Assembly (NCBI GenBank): GCA_017513085.1
Contig: JAFWDK010000029.1
Coordinates: forward strand, 96,001 to 160,000
Direction of reading: 5' to 3'
Length of the DNA stretch: 64,000 nucleotides
From: Clostridiales bacterium
GTDB lineage: Bacteria; Bacillota; Clostridia; Saccharofermentanales; Saccharofermentanaceae
The notes under the pieces are model-generated. The model did not search any database. It had not been told where the DNA came from and saw nothing but the letters and a program-made list of their open reading frames with translations. Both the position numbers and the translations under genes were made by a program. This document shows positions 58,526 through 64,000 of the stretch, piece after piece (within the stretch, counting starts at the first letter, position 1; every line of letters starts with the position of its first letter).

Positions 58526-59446
58526 TTACATCGTTCCTTGATCGATGCCGTAGGTGGCGCAGATGTTTGCGAATTCTTCGCTGTTTCCGAAGAAGGCAAT
58601 AGCCTCGCGGCGTGTGTACAACGTATAGAGAAGTTTTTTCACCCAATAATTCCTTTCTTCATTACTCGGTTTTCTGTCCATGAAGGTTTGATACAATCGA
58701 TCGACGAATATTCCGTCGCTCACATTCATAGCGTCGAATTCCTTACTGAAGAAGAAAGCTTTTGCAGCGGAACAACCGGTCTGCTCAAGGTTCGTCAGTG
58801 CCAAGGACCAGTAGGAAAGACCGGACACTTCCGGCTCTCTTTTCAGGCAACAGGTATAAAGACGAGTGGCGAATTTGATGGCGTTCGGCGAAGCAAACTC
58901 GGCTTTGTGCCACTTGGCGCCGGACTTAACACCATAGAGAGCACAGACATTGCACCATTCGGTCGATTCGATGAAGTTTTCAACGACTCCCACGCGTGTC
59001 ATTCTTCCGGAGTTGAGCGCGTCTGCCCAGCCCTGCTTACCGGCTGCATCGGATTCGCGGTCGAAAAATGTCTTGTAAAGTGTCTCGACAAAGTCGTCGA
59101 CAGAAAGATTCCTGTTCATGAATTCCGGTGCTTCCAAAAGAAAGAACCTCGCGCAATCCGCACCATTGTATTCGCCATGTAAGACCTTGGCGACCCAGAA
59201 AGCTTTTCCGTCCGGCTCCGCCTTGCGGCCAAGCGCCACTACATACAGACGTTCCACAAAATCCTCGAACGTCGGGTCATCTTCCGGCTCGATGTCTTGA
59301 GGCGCGGAGGATGCAAGATCCACCGACTGCACGAACGAAGGAACCGAAGGCTCCGAAGCAAGTGCTTTTGGCGAGGAAAGGCCGAACATGCCTCCTAACA
59401 TGGTAAGTGTGAGTGCGATGCTGCTAATGATAACTTTTCTTTTCAT
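58526..59446 (-). CDS. Secreted protein made only of DUF4214 repeats
   Basis: Signal peptide; clearly homologous to the N-terminal half of the amidase at 25474-27102 (GADCARFFL, STEWCN.CA.YG). Confidence 0.85.
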   Translation of the reverse strand: MKRKVIISSIALTLTMLGGMFGLSSPKALASEPSVPSFVQSVDLASSAPQDIEPEDDPTFEDFVERLYVVALGRKAEPDGKAFWVAKVLHGEYNGADCARFFLLEAPEFMNRNLSVDDFVETLYKTFFDRESDAAGKQGWADALNSGRMTRVGVVENFIESTEWCNVCALYGVKSGAKWHKAEFASPNAIKFATRLYTCCLKREPEVSGLSYWSLALTNLEQTGCSAAKAFFFSKEFDAMNVSDGIFVDRLYQTFMDRKPSNEERNYWVKKLLYTLYTRREAIAFFGNSEEFANICATYGIDQGTM

Positions 59447-59477
59447 AAAAAATACCTCCGATTTGTGTGTCGCTATA

Positions 59478-59504
59478 TAGACACAAACCAGAGGCAGTTT
59501 ATTC
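59478..59504 (-). promoter_or_regulatory. Putative ECF promoter GAATAAACTGCC-N9-TGTCTA
   Basis: Matches the motif at 19441-19467 with identical spacing. Confidence 0.5.
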
Positions 59505-59561
59505 GAAGATTTTGAAAAAAATTTTGCCGATGCAAAAGCACTTCCGTGGCGGCTGAGCGTT

Positions 59562-59613
59562 CTGGTGTTCCGGCGTTCCTGCGCATCGGTGTGCCGGTAT
59601 TCCGGTGCACCGG
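59562..59613. repeat. Degenerate 8-bp tandem repeat (CCGGTGTT-like, about 6 copies)
   Basis: Read directly. Confidence 0.55.
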
Positions 59614-59625
59614 CCAGAGGCAGAG

Positions 59626-60783
59626 TCAGGCGTAGTTAGATTCGACGTACTGGAATACCATTTTAGAAACTTCGCCGATGATATTATGTGCGGTGGTGTC
59701 ATTGCTGCACTCGGTCATGACGCAGATGACGTAGTCTTCGGAAGCGAAGACGATACCGAGATCGTTGAAAGCACCGTACTGATTATTGAACCCAACCTTG
59801 TGGGCAGCTTTGGCTGTGCCGGAGACACCTGCCGGAATACCCCAGTTGTATTCGGTGGTGCAAAGATCGTCGATCAAAGGCTGGAAAGCATCCGGTTTGT
59901 CCTTGTAATCCTTATAGAGATGCTCCGCGTATTTGGCCAGATCGATGGAACTTGTACGGTTCTTGCCGGTCATTTCTTCGCCACGAAAATTCGTGTAGGA
60001 GGATGTGGCACGGTAATCCACGACAGCACTGATCGGCTTCATAAACTCCGCATTAATAGTATCGATGCCGCCAAGACGGCGAAGGAGCATGTTGGTCGCG
60101 CAGTTATCGCTCTTTGTAATGGAAAGGTGAGACACCTCACTTAAAGGATATTCGGTTCCATCGGCAGAATTCTGGATCGTGCCGGTGCCGCCCTCAAAGT
60201 CTCCCTTCGGATAACCTTGTGCGTTGTAAGCCATTTTCTCGTCAAGTTTAATACTTCCGTCTGCCACTTTCTCATAAAGATAAGTATTGTAAGCAAGCTT
60301 AATGGAACTTGCGGCGACGAAAGGTGTGGACTCGTTCACCGCGATGGTCTCACCATTCGACATGTTGATGTAATACATGGAAAAACGACCGCTCTGCTTG
60401 GACAGATACTCGCTGACGTTTGTCTGCAGGGTAGCCAGGTTGGTTGCGCGTGTTTCTGCAGAAACCGTCTGTACCTTGGGCGCAGCTTCCGATGTGGAAG
60501 TGTTGTCTGTCGGCGGCACAGTGATATCTGTCGAAGATTGATCCGGGGCCGCACTGATCGGGTTTCCGGATGCATCTGTTTCCGGAACACTTGTCGCAAC
60601 TGTGGTTTGTGTGGTCTTGGTGTCCTTCTTGTCTTTCTTGGAGAGCAGCATGCTGATAAAAACGATATCCGCAATTACGCAGCCCATGCAGATCGCAAGA
60701 CAAGCGATAACGAAATTTCTTCTCTTGGCTGTATTACGCCGCCGGGAAGAACTGTATATGTTGTAATTGGAAGAATTCTTCAC
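59626..60783 (-). CDS. Membrane-anchored class A beta-lactamase-like serine hydrolase
   Basis: ASSIK (SxxK), SDN, HKVG; N-terminal TM helix. Confidence 0.85.
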   Translation of the reverse strand: MKNSSNYNIYSSSRRRNTAKRRNFVIACLAICMGCVIADIVFISMLLSKKDKKDTKTTQTTVATSVPETDASGNPISAAPDQSSTDITVPPTDNTSTSEAAPKVQTVSAETRATNLATLQTNVSEYLSKQSGRFSMYYINMSNGETIAVNESTPFVAASSIKLAYNTYLYEKVADGSIKLDEKMAYNAQGYPKGDFEGGTGTIQNSADGTEYPLSEVSHLSITKSDNCATNMLLRRLGGIDTINAEFMKPISAVVDYRATSSYTNFRGEEMTGKNRTSSIDLAKYAEHLYKDYKDKPDAFQPLIDDLCTTEYNWGIPAGVSGTAKAAHKVGFNNQYGAFNDLGIVFASEDYVICVMTECSNDTTAHNIIGEVSKMVFQYVESNYA

Positions 60784-61039
60784 GATCGATCTCCTTAGTA
60801 TATGAGGTGCGGAAAAACCGCATAAATGCTGACAAAACCGTTAATGTGAACTTAGTATATCATCGCTAAGTTACGATTCGGTTCGCTTATTGTAACAAGA
60901 CGAATACAAGACTTCAAGTATCAAATACTAAGAAAATAGTCACTTTCCAAGGTGGGGGAGAAGATTTATGAATAAAGATCCGAAGACGGACATGACAGTC
61001 TTCGGACATATGCGGTCGCCGCCTGCCCTCTGTCGTCCG

Positions 61040-62347
61040 TCAGATATCGAGATTGCTCTGCTCGCTATGGATCTCGGCGGTGCGGACAATGGACTGAAGG
61101 GGAATGGAAGGATCGATCCTTGTAGCGTACCCGGTCAGCACACGCAACGGAATGCCGTTTACCGTGACGCCCGAGAACTGCAATTTGCAGATGTTCATGA
61201 AAGCCTCGGCCTTTTCTTTTTCTGTGTCGGGAAGAAGGACGATGAACTCGTCACTGCCCCAGCGCGCCACGATACCGTTATCTTTGATAGCCTTGCTGAT
61301 GATGTCGGCCACCTTGCAAAGCAGGCTGTCACCGGTCGAACGGCCGTAGTTTTCGTTGATCTGATGCATGCCCTTGATGTCCGCGACAATAATGCTGTAC
61401 GGACAGCGGGATTCACGCTCCGCCTGCGCGAATACGTCTTCGACATACATACGGTTGAAAAGTTTCGTCAGCGGGTCGTGGTAGCTTAAGAAAAGGTTCT
61501 TGCTCTGCGCCTGCTTGAGCGCCGTGATATTGTTTACGAAACAAGAGACACCGATGATATTCTTATCTTCATCGAGGAGCGGCGCGTAGTAGGTCTGCCA
61601 GTAAGAAGCCGTCTGATCGTTGTCGCCGAACTTTTCGATGTGCGAAAGATACTCACCGTTCAGCGCATGCTCCAGCTTCTCTTTCAGAACCGCTTGGGTC
61701 TCCGGATCGTTCACGACATCAAGGATCGAGTCTCCGATGTGGATCTCTTTCTTCCAAAGACGAAGCATGGAATACTTGTTACGCTTGTTGAAAGAAGTAT
61801 AACGAAGATCGGTATCCAGCGTGTACACGATCATGTCCGGAACCGTCTCGATCATGGATTTCTCGACGGCCTCCCAACGCTTGGCTGCAATGTCCGATTT
61901 CTCCTTATCCTTCACGATGTGGTACGAGTTGGCGAACTGCGAACAGAAAAGACGGTACATGAGGATCGAAAGGATCAGCGCGAAAATGAAATCCTTGATC
62001 ATGATGATGTGAAGCGTGCTCGTCTTCATGCCGGCAACGCTGGCCACGACCGTATCGGAGATCGCGATCCAGACGAGCGTGATCAGGAAGAAAAAGAGCA
62101 CGGACAATACGCTGCTTCGGATGAACGGAAGAGAGATACGCTGCCAGACGGAAAGTTTCTTCTCTTCCGAGGTAAAAGGACTTCCGGGGGTGATCTCTTC
62201 GCTTTCGGCCGGGGAGGCTTTGCCGGAAGGATCTTTGTCGTCGGCGATGGCATCTTCACGATGAGAACCGGTCTTGGCATAAACAGGGTTATCTTCCTTG
62301 ATGCCGGCTTCCTGCTGGAGTTTTTTAACATCGTCTTTATACGCCAT
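61040..62347 (-). CDS. Membrane PAS-GGDEF protein with a GSDEF variant motif
   Basis: Two TM helices, PAS, HDPLTKLFNR, RWGSDEF. Confidence 0.82.
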   Translation of the reverse strand: MAYKDDVKKLQQEAGIKEDNPVYAKTGSHREDAIADDKDPSGKASPAESEEITPGSPFTSEEKKLSVWQRISLPFIRSSVLSVLFFFLITLVWIAISDTVVASVAGMKTSTLHIIMIKDFIFALILSILMYRLFCSQFANSYHIVKDKEKSDIAAKRWEAVEKSMIETVPDMIVYTLDTDLRYTSFNKRNKYSMLRLWKKEIHIGDSILDVVNDPETQAVLKEKLEHALNGEYLSHIEKFGDNDQTASYWQTYYAPLLDEDKNIIGVSCFVNNITALKQAQSKNLFLSYHDPLTKLFNRMYVEDVFAQAERESRCPYSIIVADIKGMHQINENYGRSTGDSLLCKVADIISKAIKDNGIVARWGSDEFIVLLPDTEKEKAEAFMNICKLQFSGVTVNGIPLRVLTGYATRIDPSIPLQSIVRTAEIHSEQSNLDI

Positions 62348-62433
62348 CTTCTACCTCTTCGTATGTGCAAACTGCCCGCCTGAAAACGGGGCAGAACCAG
62401 TCACTATGTCGATTATACCATGTTGCGCGAATA

Positions 62434-62462
62434 TTGACACTAGAGGTGCTGTCTGCTATTAT
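62434..62462 (+). promoter_or_regulatory. Sigma-A promoter of scfAB
   Basis: TTGACA-17-TATTAT with an extended -10 TG. Confidence 0.7.
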
Positions 62463-62495
62463 TTTTGGTAGTTTATAAGAAAGAGGTATACTTTC

Positions 62496-62642
62496 ATGGA
62501 ACATATCAAGACGATTGAAACACGTAACCTTTGCGAGAGCGCGAAGAAGGGCGGTTGCGGCGAGTGCCAGACATCCTGCCAGTCTGCTTGCAAGACTTCC
62601 TGCGGTATCGCAAACCAGCAGTGCGAGAACAAGAATAAGTAA
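62496..62642 (+). CDS. scfA: SCIFF ranthipeptide precursor (absent from the ORF track)
   Basis: MEHIKTIETRNLCESAKKGGCGECQTSCQSACKTSCGIANQQCENKNK. Confidence 0.96.
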   Translation: MEHIKTIETRNLCESAKKGGCGECQTSCQSACKTSCGIANQQCENKNK

Positions 62643-62674
62643 TTCTTGTTGTACGTATCACACGAGAATAAATC

Positions 62675-62716
62675 GCTGTCTTTGATTTCCGTTTTGTGAC
62701 AAAGACAGCTTTTTTT
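62675..62716 (+). terminator. Terminator/stabilising hairpin between scfA and scfB
   Basis: GCTGTCTTTG/CAAAGACAGC stem plus T7. Confidence 0.7.
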
Positions 62717-62765
62717 CGCACGAAGCGGGAAGACAGGTGCTTCGGGCCAAACAGAAAGGACGACC

Positions 62766-64000
62766 ATGATACATCAATATAAACTCGGCGGATATAATAT
62801 CGTGCTGGACGTGTGTTCCGGCGCGCTGCATGTTGTCGATGACATCACCTATGACATCATCGCAAGCATGAATGAGATCTATGAGCATCAGGCAAAACTC
62901 GATGCGCAGAACGACGGAAAGTCTTGCGGCATGATCGATATCGAGACGCTGATCGGAAGGATCCCTTCTGAAATCGAGAAGAAATACGCAGGGACGAAGG
63001 CGGGAGACAGAAAAGAGATCGACGAGTGCTTCGAACAAGTGCTCGAGCTGAAAAAAGCGGGCAAACTTTTCACCCCGGATACCTATGAACCGATGGCCGG
63101 TGAGCTCAAGGCGAAAACTTCCGGCGTGGTAAAAGCACTGTGCCTGCACATCGCGCATACATGTAATCTGAACTGCTCATACTGCTTCGCTTCACAGGGC
63201 AAGTACCATGGCGAACGTGCCGTCATGAGCTTCGAGGTCGGAAAGCGGGCGTTGGATTTTCTCGTTGAGAATTCCGGCACAAGACGCAATCTGGAAGTGG
63301 ACTTTTTCGGCGGCGAACCGCTCATGAATTTCCAGGTGGTAAAAGATCTGGTGGCGTATGCCCGTTCGATTGAGAAAGAGAAGGGTAAGAACTTCCGCTT
63401 CACATTAACGACCAACGGCGTACTGGTGGATGATGACGTCATCGACTTTGCCAACCGCGAATGCAGCAATGTAGTGCTTTCGCTGGATGGAAGAAAAGAG
63501 ATCCATGACCGTTTCCGTGTGGATTATGCGGGAAACGGCAGCTGGGAGAAGATCGTGCCGAAGTTCCGGAAATTCGTGGAGGCGCGTGGCGGCAAGAACT
63601 ACTATATGCGTGGAACGTTTACGCATGCGAATCCGGATTTCCTTGAAGATATCAAGGTCATGCTCGACCTGGGCTTTTCGGAGCTCAGTATGGAGCCTGT
63701 TGTGTGTGCAGAGGATGATCCATCAAGATTGACCGAAGAAGATCTTCCGATTGTGCTGGATCAGTATGAGAAACTGGCCGAGCTCATGATCGAGCGTGAT
63801 AAAGAAGGAAAACCGTTTACTTTCTACCATTACATGATCGATCTCAAGGGCGGACCCTGCATCTACAAGCGCATTTCCGGATGCGGCTCGGGAACCGAGT
63901 ATATGGCGGTGACACCTTGGGGAGATCTTTATCCTTGCCATCAGTTTGTGGGCGAGGAGAAGTTCCTGCTGGGAAATATCTATGACGGCGTGAAGAACCA
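62766..64000 (+). CDS. scfB: SCIFF radical SAM maturase, 3'-partial
   Basis: MIHQYKLGGYNIVLDV, ALCLHIAHTCNLNCSYCFASQG, DFFGGEP, SPASM start GCGSGTEY...LYPCHQF; runs off the window. Confidence 0.94.
   Translation, partial: MIHQYKLGGYNIVLDVCSGALHVVDDITYDIIASMNEIYEHQAKLDAQNDGKSCGMIDIETLIGRIPSEIEKKYAGTKAGDRKEIDECFEQVLELKKAGKLFTPDTYEPMAGELKAKTSGVVKALCLHIAHTCNLNCSYCFASQGKYHGERAVMSFEVGKRALDFLVENSGTRRNLEVDFFGGEPLMNFQVVKDLVAYARSIEKEKGKNFRFTLTTNGVLVDDDVIDFANRECSNVVLSLDGRKEIHDRFRVDYAGNGSWEKIVPKFRKFVEARGGKNYYMRGTFTHANPDFLEDIKVMLDLGFSELSMEPVVCAEDDPSRLTEEDLPIVLDQYEKLAELMIERDKEGKPFTFYHYMIDLKGGPCIYKRISGCGSGTEYMAVTPWGDLYPCHQFVGEEKFLLGNIYDGVKN

Noticed and set aside
59626-60783. Acquired beta-lactamase resistance gene
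   Set aside because: Membrane-anchored core-genome serine hydrolase with KVG instead of KTG and no mobile context

Overview
Firmicute (Clostridia-like) chromosomal window. Bases 1-17045 are an AT-richer tandem island region at tRNA-Thr(TGT). It contains a 12.6-kb integrative mobilizable element (IME) bounded by a 46-bp tRNA 3'-end direct repeat, with a tyrosine integrase, ArpU-like regulator, AAA Rep, MobC, relaxase (with an overprinted MobB-like ORF) and Xis. Its cargo is three ECF sigma/anti-sigma cassettes. A fourth cassette of the same family lies in the neighbouring island to the left, and each cassette has its own ECF-type promoter. The remainder is mostly core genome: a SigV-like ECF/anti-sigma pair, rpmE-DUF1385-prmC-DUF951, DUF4214 cell-wall hydrolases, the GGGtGRT/Fe-S scaffold pair, GGDEF proteins, NADAR, an SNF2 helicase, rpsU, an ABC exporter, recJ-rel, RNase J, a 3D-domain protein, pyk, pflB-pflA and the SCIFF ranthipeptide locus. 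Notable non-coding signals are a multi-branched candidate RNA upstream of pflB, a dispersed hairpin repeat family with covarying stems, and a palindrome cluster after pflA. All calls come from reading the sequence by eye; no database searches were run.
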